NCBI GenBank assembly: GCA_963746775.1 | Contig: CAVVCK010000002.1 | Span: forward strand, 303,592 to 367,591 | Length of the DNA stretch: 64,000 nucleotides | DNA from: an uncultured bacterium | Lineage (GTDB): Bacteria; Patescibacteriota; JABMPQ01; CAVVCK01 | Direction: 5' to 3' | Shown: piece after piece, positions 31,602 to 39,688 of the stretch | Layout of the letters: every line of letters begins with the position of its first letter | Numbering within the stretch: the stretch's first letter is position 1 | Program-made: the position numbers and the translations under genes | Notes under the pieces: generated by a model | Seen by the model: the letters and a program-made list of their open reading frames with translations, nothing else | Told to the model about the DNA's origin: nothing | The model's database searches: none

Positions 31602-32021
31602 CTAAGTACAATCTGCCGTAGCACTATCACCACAACCATCTTGATCGCAAGTGAAATAATCACCACCTTCTAAATCTCCAGAAACACAGAAAGTCTGTTG
31701 ATCAGCACTATTATCAGTCCAAGCATAAGCAGCCGCTTGAGGATCAGCAGGAATTGAATCTAAATAAGTAGAAGTAGAACTAGCAATAGATGACCCTGTA
31801 GTGTAAGCACTAGTATCGGGATAAGCAGCATCATCATCATAAGACATTTCCATAGCTAAACCCATTTGTCTAACATCACTTTGTCTGGCTGCATCTCTAG
31901 CTTTTTGTCTAGCACTTCCCAAAGCTACTAATACTAAGGCAGCTAAGATACCAATAATAGCAATTACTACTAAAAGCTCAACTAAAGTAAAACCTTTTTG
32001 TTTCTTAATCATTTGTTTCAC
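31602..32021 (-). CDS. type IV pilin (prepilin N-terminal methylation motif)
   Basis: MKQMIKKQKGFTLVELLVVIAIIGILAALVLVAL is the classic class III signal (G-F-T-L-V-E). Cys-rich C-terminal region. Strong RBS GGGAGGTG. Confidence 0.8.
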   Translation of the reverse strand: MKQMIKKQKGFTLVELLVVIAIIGILAALVLVALGSARQKARDAARQSDVRQMGLAMEMSYDDDAAYPDTSAYTTGSSIASSTSTYLDSIPADPQAAAYAWTDNSADQQTFCVSGDLEGGDYFTCDQDGCGDSATADCT

Positions 32022-32240
32022 CTCCCTTCATATGTTTTTTATTTTAATCTTAAAATTTAGGAATAATCCTAAATTTTATCTGTTTTTCTTTTGTATTATT
32101 TATCAACAGTTAAGGATATTATAGCAGATTATATAAAAAATAACTAATAAATATCCACTTTGTCAGTCTTCGTTCTTTTGCCATCACATTTTTTCAATAT
32201 TTTTCTTTGCGAAATACTCCACCAATGAATATCTTCTTGC

Positions 32241-32921
32241 CTATTCTTTATCAGCGAATATCACTAACCGTTTAGGATAATTTTCGGAAATTTTATTAAA
32301 ATTTCCCGCGCAAGTAATGAGATTAAGGTGTGCTTTTCCGTCGCCTGAATTAAATACACTTGAGGTATTATCATTCTCATTATACATCCGAAATTCTCGC
32401 ACCACAAAAGTAGTAGTCACTCCTTTTTCATCTTCGACATATAAACTATCGCCCTGTCTCAACTTATTTAAATTATCGAACACTGACCCTTCTCCATTCT
32501 TCCAACGACCATAATGTCCAGCGATAACTGCGCTACCAATAGCTCCGGGACGCGGACCAAGCTTAAACCATGCTACATTGTTCGGCTTTTTCGGTACATC
32601 CATTGCTCCATTAGATACAACACCCACATACTCGACAGTAGCATCAACATTTATCCCTGGAATTTTGAGACGCACCGGCAACCCAGAATTTACTTCTTCC
32701 TGTTTTGGGAGAGCAACGCTATTCTCAATAAGCGATGCTGAACTGTTCTGGGTTAACCTTTTGGGAATAAAATATAAAAGAAGCACTAAAAAAAGTACAA
32801 ATCCTATAAGGACAACCACTAATAGTATTCGTTTAGATAAAATTTTCGATTTCATAAATTTTTCAATAGATTCATAACACAAAAGCCCCGACTTGGCGGG
32901 GCCTTTAATATCTCTAGGCAA
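32241..32921 (-). CDS. sortase (class E/F-like transpeptidase)
   Basis: N-terminal TM. Catalytic His in VIAGHYG and Cys in the HLNLITCAG (TLxTC-like) motif. Beta-barrel length is about right. Confidence 0.7.
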   Translation of the reverse strand: MPRDIKGPAKSGLLCYESIEKFMKSKILSKRILLVVVLIGFVLFLVLLLYFIPKRLTQNSSASLIENSVALPKQEEVNSGLPVRLKIPGINVDATVEYVGVVSNGAMDVPKKPNNVAWFKLGPRPGAIGSAVIAGHYGRWKNGEGSVFDNLNKLRQGDSLYVEDEKGVTTTFVVREFRMYNENDNTSSVFNSGDGKAHLNLITCAGNFNKISENYPKRLVIFADKE

Positions 32922-32964
32922 AGCACATTTCCAAGTACATTTATTAATCGTACAAGCGTCTAGG

Positions 32965-34245
32965 CTAAGTCCTACACTTTCTTAAAACTAAGACTATTGA
33001 GGTCGAAACAAACATAATTATACTAACTGGTATAACAATACCAAGCGGATTATTTCTCCCTTCAGGAGAAAGTCCCGTCTCGGGAAAATCAGGAGTAAGT
33101 GTACTGCTAGTATCAGTAGTAGTGCTAGTAGTATCAGTAGTAGTACCAGTAGTGTCGGTAGAGTCGGTAGTATCAGTAGTAGTGCTAGTAGTATCAGTAG
33201 TATCAGTAGTATCAGTAGTGTCAGTAGTGTCGGTAGTAGTATCAGATATATCAGTATTAGTAATTGTGCAAGTTTTATCATCACCAGTTGCAAGCGTTAC
33301 ATTACCACTCGAATCACAATCCCCGCTAATACTTTGTGTATAAGAAGCATTAGCATCTTCGCTTACTACATAGGTACCCGCATTCAACGAATAAGAAGTT
33401 CCGGGCGAAGCAACTCCATCTGCCGGACTTCCTGAAACATCAACACCAGAATGCTTTACATGCATATTGAAGTCAGAAGGAACTGCTGTACCACCATGAC
33501 TATTAACAACACGTTTAATAACATGAAGAGTAGCAGGAATTGGTGAAGCTGCACATGTCGCTACAGTAATATTATTAGTGTCTAAAGTGACTGCAGCATT
33601 TCGTGCTAACACACTACCTTCCACATTGGCACCAGTATTGAGTGTGATAGACGTCAAAGCAAGAATATTCCCCCTGAAAGTGGAATTCGTTCCGAGTGTC
33701 GCAGAACTACCAACTTGCCAAAAGACATGACAAGCCTGAGCACCATTTGCGAGAACCACGTTACTTCCACTCGCTGTGATAAGTGTAGAGGCAGTTTTAA
33801 AAATAAAGACTGCATCAGGATCGCCCTGAGCATCAAGCGTTAGGGTTCCTGTTATCCCAAAATCACCCGCAGCGGAGTTATAGGCACCGGCGGTTTTAGT
33901 TGTTCCACCGAGCTCCGTAGCTACAACAGTAGATGTTTGTCCCGCAGCATCATTATAAGCTGTGGTCAAATCATTTTTAGCCTGCACTGCTGTCGCGTCA
34001 GCTACATGCTGTGTTCCAACAAGTGTGCCTGGCGGGAAACCAGTAACCGCAGAGCCTGGGCTTAAACCCAAATCTCCAGTAACAATACTGGAACCAGTGT
34101 TGGTTACTGTAGAACCAGCCAGAACCGCAAAACTATCGGCTGTACCAAGATTTACCGTAGTCGCAGCTTTGATTATCCAAGCCAGACCAAACGTTATCGT
34201 AACAGCCAATACAGCTACTATTAAAGTTTTATTAAACCTTTTCAT
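32965..34245 (-). CDS. ice-binding-like (DUF3494) surface protein with T/D-repeat stalk and LPXTG-like (FPETG) sorting signal
   Basis: Signal peptide. LGTADSFAVLAGSTVTNTGSSIVTGDLGLSPG is the DUF3494 N-terminal signature. A (TDTTDTT)n stalk is encoded by tandem repeats at about 33102-33250. C-terminal FPETG, then a hydrophobic segment and RKCRT. Confidence 0.65.
   Translation of the reverse strand: MKRFNKTLIVAVLAVTITFGLAWIIKAATTVNLGTADSFAVLAGSTVTNTGSSIVTGDLGLSPGSAVTGFPPGTLVGTQHVADATAVQAKNDLTTAYNDAAGQTSTVVATELGGTTKTAGAYNSAAGDFGITGTLTLDAQGDPDAVFIFKTASTLITASGSNVVLANGAQACHVFWQVGSSATLGTNSTFRGNILALTSITLNTGANVEGSVLARNAAVTLDTNNITVATCAASPIPATLHVIKRVVNSHGGTAVPSDFNMHVKHSGVDVSGSPADGVASPGTSYSLNAGTYVVSEDANASYTQSISGDCDSSGNVTLATGDDKTCTITNTDISDTTTDTTDTTDTTDTTDTTSTTTDTTDSTDTTGTTTDTTSTTTDTSSTLTPDFPETGLSPEGRNNPLGIVIPVSIIMFVSTSIVLVLRKCRT
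33102..33250. repeat. in-frame 6/9-bp tandem repeats encoding a Thr/Asp-rich stalk
   Basis: agtagtatc / agtagtgtc units repeated more than 12 times within the IBP-like CDS. Confidence 0.6.
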
Positions 34246-34922
34246 ATATTTTATTTAATTACTTATAGTCAATTGGTTATGATCGACCAAATTAGAGAAG
34301 ATAAATATCATCTCTAATCCCAGTTAATTTTATTATAACACTTTTACTTCTACTATAGATGTGGATAACTTTATTGCCAGTATAGGAAAAAAATCTACGT
34401 CCACTGTTATTTTCTTGCGGTAGTTCTAAATTATTCTTATCGCAGTGCGTATTAGAAAAGATTCGAACCAATTTCGCTTAAAATTTAGAGTGAGCAGACC
34501 TTGGACCATTGATACCATTTTAAAACTAATTAATTAACAGGATATATCGGAAGCTAAAGATTTTCTCATAGCCAAAAGGGAAATAAACAATTTATCTAAT
34601 AATATTTAATTGACAGCAAATTATTACAATCGCTTCTTAGATATTCTAATAATTGATAGCGAGTACATAAAAAAGATTATAATTAAAAATACCGCTTATC
34701 TACGGTATTGATTATCTAAAACATGATTTTCCTCTAGGCATATTATCTCACTCAAAAAAAGATTTAAATCATTCAAAAACGCTGAAATATTTTTAAACAC
34801 TTATCTAAATACCCCTTAAATTTAACGCTTAAAAAAACAGGCCAATATACCTGAAATTCTTTCTAAATACCAACCCAAAAACAAAACAGTAATAACAATC
34901 TTTTTGTAGTATTTTCTCTAAT

Positions 34923-35012
34923 TGGCGGAAGGGGTGGGATTCGAACCCACGGTACCCGTGAGGGTACAGCAGTTTTCAAGACTGCCCTATTCGGCCACTC
35001 TAGCACCCTTCC
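34923..35012 (-). tRNA. tRNA-Ser (anticodon TGA), CCA encoded
   Basis: Reverse complement GGAAGGGTGCTAGAGTGGCCGAATAGGGCAGTCTTGAAAACTGC...GTGGGTTCGAATCCCACCCCTTCCGCCA folds as a cloverleaf with a long variable arm and anticodon loop CTTGAAA. Confidence 0.8.
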
Positions 35013-35383
35013 AAAATTTAGTTAAAATATTTTTTCATAAAAGCTCGTCCAGAACCAGATTTTAAATATTTATCAAAATTATATGCTATGTATTTATTCT
35101 GAAATAAAAAATAACAATTGAGTTTTAATGGTCTCTTATTTATCGTAGCAGGAACAAAACCTTCATTGTGTCTTTCTACTCTATTTTTTTAGATTGGCTG
35201 TACAACCCGTATATGGTTTACCATCCCTACAATCTAATATATAAACATACCACATAAAAGTTTTCTATTTGATAAAACGGGCTTGTCTGTCGTAGTCCGC
35301 AGTTTATTAATATAATTTGATTATAAACTAATAGCTAGACTATTCTAACAATTCGCCTTCGCTTAAGCTACGGCGGACGAAGA

Positions 35384-35470
35384 CGGAGAGAGAGGGATTC
35401 GAACCCTCGGGCCCCTTGCGGAGCCAACAACTTAGCAGGTTGCTGCTTTCAGCCACTCAGCCATCTCTCC
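35384..35470 (-). tRNA. tRNA-Ser (anticodon GCT)
   Basis: Reverse complement GGAGAGATGGCTGAGTGGCTGAAAGCAGCAACCTGCTAAGTTGT...GAGGGTTCGAATCCCTCTCTCTCCG has a long variable arm and anticodon loop CTGCTAA. No CCA encoded. Confidence 0.8.
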
Positions 35471-35837
35471 ATAGAATTATAAAAACAATATAACACAAGA
35501 ACAAAAAAACAAGTACTAGATTTCCTTCTACACTTGTCCTTATTCTATTCAAAAATTAACAATAAAGCAATAATATTTGTTTTAAAATTAGTAAACCCTG
35601 TTAAAATATAGCATATTAAGATAATTTAAATTATTTTTTATTTATTTGTATAATTAGTATAAATTCGCATATTAGCATTATATAAATTAAATTAGGAAAA
35701 CATAAACACTACAGAGGGAAAGAATAGAAATAAATGGGAAAATGGTTCCTCATTTTAAACTTATTAACAATTAAGTTTCCTAAAAAGTCAAAAATCTGTT
35801 ATTATGAATTTGAAATTATTTTATATAACCTAAAAAT

Positions 35838-36383
35838 ATGCCAGAAAAATCATATCTTACCGATAATCCTCCTAAAAATTTTAATGAGAATGAAAAATAT
35901 ATTGAAATTAAACCGGAAGAAGTGTTAATGCAGTGGAAAGCCCTTGAATTTAAACAATACGATCGCCCCAAAAGTTGGTACATTTCACTTCTGTTAATTG
36001 CCGGAGGATTAATTATCTACTCTTTACTGACAGCCAACTATTTATTAATAATAATCACTATAATACTAGCAGTAATTATAAATTCTCTAACTAGAAAAAA
36101 TCCTGAAACTCTAGATATAGCTATAACCAGTAAGGGTATTAAAGTTAATGAAAAACTTTATACATTTACTGAGGATTTAGAATCTTTCTGGATACTATAT
36201 GATCCACCAGAATTAAAAACTCTAAATTTTAAAAGACAACAAAGGTTTATACCTGAATTATCTATTCAATTAGAAAAACAAAATCCCCTAAAAATTAGAG
36301 AATTTTTATTAGAATATTTAGAAGAAGAAATAGAGAGAGAAGAACATATGGCTGATCAAATTTCTCGAAAATTAGGGTTCTAG
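35838..36383 (+). CDS. hypothetical membrane protein (2 TM)
   Basis: 181 aa; TM helices WYISLLLIAGGLIIYSLL and YLLIIITIILAVIINSL; no known motif. Confidence 0.45.
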   Translation: MPEKSYLTDNPPKNFNENEKYIEIKPEEVLMQWKALEFKQYDRPKSWYISLLLIAGGLIIYSLLTANYLLIIITIILAVIINSLTRKNPETLDIAITSKGIKVNEKLYTFTEDLESFWILYDPPELKTLNFKRQQRFIPELSIQLEKQNPLKIREFLLEYLEEEIEREEHMADQISRKLGF

Positions 36384-36481
36384 TCTAAAAAGACTTTTAA
36401 TATATTTTTATTCTGTCTATAATTCAACCATATAATTTGGTTGAATTTTGGTTATTTCGTTTTTATATTATTTTAATTCAA

Positions 36482-36553
36482 GCCCTCGTCGTTCAATGGA
36501 TAGGACGCAAGATTGCGGTTCTTGCAATACAGGTTCGACTCCTGTCGAGGGCA
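36482..36553 (+). tRNA. tRNA-Arg (anticodon read as GCG)
   Basis: GCCCTCGTCGTTCAATGGATAGGACGCAAGATTGCGGTTCTTGCAATACAGGTTCGACTCCTGTCGAGGGCA. Acceptor GCCCTCG/CGAGGGC, anticodon stem CAAGA/TCTTG, loop TTGCGGT. Confidence 0.7.
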
Positions 36554-36743
36554 TTTGTAAGACTTTATATCTCAAGGCTCAACCCTTAAGTTAAAGGATG
36601 GTTGAGTCTTTTATGTAAATACAAAGACGTGACTCATATATCACGTCTTTTTCTGACTTTCCATATTAGTGCAACAAAATTAATTTATTTAGATATTTAT
36701 GATTGAGCATCTATCTAATATCATATATTCAATTACTTTCTTT

Positions 36744-36772
36744 TTGCCCAAAATGAATAAAATTGATATATT
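36744..36772 (+). promoter_or_regulatory. candidate sigma70-like promoter of recG
   Basis: TTGCCC at 36744-36749, a 17-bp spacer, then TATATT at 36767-36772, about 20 bp upstream of the ATG at 36791. Confidence 0.3.
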
Positions 36773-36790
36773 TAAATAAAATATAAATAA

Positions 36791-38893
36791 ATGATTACTT
36801 TAAATACTCCTCTCACTCAATTCCGCAAACTGGATAAAAAGAAAATAAGCGCTCTTGAGCGCTTAGGTTTAGATACACTTCGAGACCTCTTTTTTTATTT
36901 TCCCCAAAAATATGACGATTTCTCCATTATTTCTAAAATCTCCCAAATAACACTTGGTCAAAATTATACTATAAAAGGCAAAATTATTTCTATTAATAAT
37001 ATTCGCACTCCTCGAAAGAGAATGATTATTACAGAAGCTATTATTTCAGACGAAACGGGTTCTGCTAAAGTTATCTGGTTTAATCAGCCTTATTTAGAAA
37101 ATACCTTCCCGCCTGGAATAGAAGTTATTTTAAATGGCAAGGTGGAGAGAAAATATAATGGTCTGCAAATTACTTCACCAGTTTATGAACGATATAAAGA
37201 AAATAGTCTTCATGCTGGCCGTATTGTCCCGGAATATTCTGAGACTTACAATATCACTTCTAAATGGTTAAGATTTTTTATTAATCCCCTCCTAAAACAT
37301 ATAAATTTAATAAAAGATTTTCTGCCCCCAGGTATTCAAAAATCTCAAAATTTAATTGAATTACAAGAAGCTATAAAGCAAATCCATTTCCCAGTTAATA
37401 AAGAAAAATTAAAAGAAGCCCAAAAGAGATTATCATTTGATGAATTATTTTTAATTCAATTAGATGCACAGATTAAAAAACATAATTGGCAACAAAACAA
37501 ATCAAAGTCATTTAAATTTGATCAAAAACTAATAAAACAATTTGTTAATAATCTCCCTTTTATACTAACTAATGATCAGAAAAAAACTTCTTGGGATATT
37601 TTAAAAGATTTAGGAAAAAATAAACCTATGGGAAGATTACTCGAAGGAGATGTTGGCTCAGGTAAAACAGTAGTCGCTGCCATCGCCGCTCTTCAGGTTG
37701 CCAATTTAGGATCACAAGTAGCCATAATGGCACCAACTGAAATACTAGCCCGTCAACATTATGAAAGTTTTCAAGAATTATTTAAAAACACTAAAATTAA
37801 AATCGGCCTCCTAACAAGATTAGATAATCTCCTTGAATCTAGATTCAAGATTCTAGATTCTAAGACTAAAAATAAGCGCCAAAAATTCTTAAGCTTAATT
37901 AAACAAGGAAAAATAGATATAATAATTGGTACTCACGCTCTAATCCAGAAAGATATAAAATTTAAAAATTTAGGTTTAGTTATTGTAGATGAACAACACA
38001 GGTTTGGTGTTAGCCAGCGAGCAGAACTTAAGAAAGTAAACCAATCCAAATTCACTCCGCATTTACTCTCTATGACCGCCACCCCTATTCCTCGCACTCT
38101 ATCCTTAGCAATTTATGGTGATCTCGATATTTCTCTAATCAAAGAAAAACCAAAAGGTCGCAAAGAAATATTAACTAAAATAGTAGCCCCGGAAAATCGA
38201 CAAAAAGCTTATGCTTTTATAGAAAAAAAGGTAAAAGAAGGCAGACAGGTATTTGTTATTTGCCCCCGCATTGAAATAGAAGAAAAAAAAGGCTCAACTT
38301 GGGATGATGTTAAAGCGGTCAAAGAAGAGTATAAAAAGCTTGATAAAAATATTTTTCCTAATTTAAAAATAGGTTTACTTCATGGCAAATTAAAAAAAGA
38401 GGAAAAAGAAAAAGTAATGTCTGATTTTGCTGCTAATAAAATTAATATATTAGTTTCAACCTCAGTAGTCGAAGTGGGTGTCGATATTCCCAATGCAACA
38501 ATAATAATGATTGAAGATGCCGAGAAATTTGGTCTAGCTCAACTTCATCAGTTTCGAGGACGTGTTGGTCGAGGAGAACATCAATCATTTTGCTTTTTAT
38601 TTTCCGAATCACCTAGTTTTCCTAGTCTACAAAGATTAAGAGCTCTAACTAAAACTAATGATGGTTTTGAATTAGCGGAAATGGATTTAAAGTTACGTGG
38701 TCCCGGCGAAGTATATGGTCAAAAACAATCAGGTCTACCAGATTTAAAAATGGCCTCCTTAACAGATTATGAAAGTCTAAAATTAGCAAAATTAGAAGCT
38801 CAGAAATTATTAAAATCAGATCCTGATTTAGGAAATTATCCCCAATTAAAAAATGAACTGGTCAAATTTAAAAATACAGTTCATTTGGAATAA
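36791..38893 (+). CDS. recG: ATP-dependent DNA helicase RecG
   Basis: N-terminal wedge/OB domain. Helicase motifs GDVGSGKT and DEQHRFGV, with conserved C-terminal motifs (QLHQFRGRVGRG). Confidence 0.9.
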   Translation: MITLNTPLTQFRKLDKKKISALERLGLDTLRDLFFYFPQKYDDFSIISKISQITLGQNYTIKGKIISINNIRTPRKRMIITEAIISDETGSAKVIWFNQPYLENTFPPGIEVILNGKVERKYNGLQITSPVYERYKENSLHAGRIVPEYSETYNITSKWLRFFINPLLKHINLIKDFLPPGIQKSQNLIELQEAIKQIHFPVNKEKLKEAQKRLSFDELFLIQLDAQIKKHNWQQNKSKSFKFDQKLIKQFVNNLPFILTNDQKKTSWDILKDLGKNKPMGRLLEGDVGSGKTVVAAIAALQVANLGSQVAIMAPTEILARQHYESFQELFKNTKIKIGLLTRLDNLLESRFKILDSKTKNKRQKFLSLIKQGKIDIIIGTHALIQKDIKFKNLGLVIVDEQHRFGVSQRAELKKVNQSKFTPHLLSMTATPIPRTLSLAIYGDLDISLIKEKPKGRKEILTKIVAPENRQKAYAFIEKKVKEGRQVFVICPRIEIEEKKGSTWDDVKAVKEEYKKLDKNIFPNLKIGLLHGKLKKEEKEKVMSDFAANKINILVSTSVVEVGVDIPNATIIMIEDAEKFGLAQLHQFRGRVGRGEHQSFCFLFSESPSFPSLQRLRALTKTNDGFELAEMDLKLRGPGEVYGQKQSGLPDLKMASLTDYESLKLAKLEAQKLLKSDPDLGNYPQLKNELVKFKNTVHLE

Positions 38894-38902
38894 ATAATAT
38901 TC

Positions 38903-38943
38903 CTTCTCCCCTCAGCTGAAGGGAGATATCTCCCACTTTTTAA
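38903..38943 (+). terminator. recG terminator (GGGAGATATCTCCC hairpin plus T-run)
   Basis: Overlapping palindromes CTCCCCTCAGCTGAAGGGAG and GGGAGATATCTCCC followed by ACTTTTTT. Confidence 0.55.
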
Positions 38944-39028
38944 TAAAAGTGTGGAGACAGAGGAGTGTTAAGCGTGACTAGTAGTAAAAACAAAATCATT
39001 TCAGTCTAACCACCTTCAACACCACCCC

Positions 39029-39073
39029 GCTCCGATGTACATCGGAGCTTCCCTCCTCAATTGAGGAGGGAAG
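39029..39073. repeat. two adjacent GC-rich perfect palindromes (20 bp and 26 bp)
   Basis: GCTCCGATGTACATCGGAGC (39029-39048) and CTTCCCTCCTCAATTGAGGAGGGAAG (39048-39073) followed by GATTTTCTATTTTTT. Between recG and the mpg 3' end. Confidence 0.6.
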
Positions 39074-39079
39074 GATTTT

Positions 39080-39679
39080 CTATTTTTTCGACACAAACTT
39101 ATTTCCTTTAATATAAAATCTCCACAAATAATCTTTGCAGCTACCTGCATAATCAACTCCGATTCTCTTTGCTTTTACAATATTCTTTTTTGAAACTTTT
39201 AAACCCCTATCTTCTATCCATATTTTATTGCCTAATAAATCTTCTCCGTTCAATCTTTTATCAATTTTAAATTCTCTGCATAATTTTCCAGGTCCATTTG
39301 TAGGGGCAGGACATGTCCTGCCCCTACAAATGGATTCAACTGCTCTTATTAATACTGCTGCTGGATATTTTTCTTTTTCAGTCACAATGTTTAGGCAATG
39401 ATATATGCCATAAATCATATAAATATAAACATAGCCTGGTTTGCCAAACATTACTTTATTTCTCTCCGTCATACCTTTTGAAGCATGAGAAGCCTTATCC
39501 TTAAATCCACAGTAGCTTTCCGTCTCTACAATTTTACCAACATATTTCTTACCTCTATATTTCCTAATTAAAAATTTGCCCAGTAAATCTTGAGCAACTT
39601 TTATTGTTTTTTGGTTGTAGAATTTTCTAGATAATTTCATAGTAATAATATTAAAAATTGACATCCTTATGGATGTCAA
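39080..39679 (-). CDS. mpg: DNA-3-methyladenine glycosylase (Mpg/AAG family)
   Basis: LLGKFLIRKYRGKKYVGKIVETESYCG...ASHASKG.TERNKVMFGKPGYVYIYMIYG.YHCLNIV...AAVLIRAVE...NGPGKL. The track start is a TTG at 39679; the ATG at 39662-39664 is the more likely start. Confidence 0.8.
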   Translation of the reverse strand: MTSIRMSIFNIITMKLSRKFYNQKTIKVAQDLLGKFLIRKYRGKKYVGKIVETESYCGFKDKASHASKGMTERNKVMFGKPGYVYIYMIYGIYHCLNIVTEKEKYPAAVLIRAVESICRGRTCPAPTNGPGKLCREFKIDKRLNGEDLLGNKIWIEDRGLKVSKKNIVKAKRIGVDYAGSCKDYLWRFYIKGNKFVSKK

Positions 39680-39688
39680 TTTTTAATA

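Noticed and set aside
33018-33343. Leu-rich and Val-rich ORFs (33018..33293 minus, 33122..33343 plus)
   Set aside because: These are artefacts of translating the agtagtatc tandem repeat in other frames. The DUF3494 frame carries the signal peptide, domain signature and sorting signal.
34455-34475. tRNA-like T-loop fragment (GGTTCGAATC) that could mark an island att repeat
   Set aside because: Only the generic 10-nt T-loop is shared with the nearby tRNA-Ser genes. There is no matching acceptor or 3' stem, so it is more likely chance.
34478-34530. Possible SRP RNA domain IV (GGTCCAAGGTCTGC)
   Set aside because: It lacks the GGAA/GNRA tetraloop and the conserved AGCAG motif, so the resemblance is superficial.
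39080-39679. Palindrome-encoded peptide in mpg as a 40-bp insertion disrupting the gene
   Set aside because: The loop length between AVLIRAVE and NGPGKL is normal for Mpg proteins and the frame is preserved. It is therefore kept as an intact gene with an unusual embedded palindrome, not as a pseudogene.
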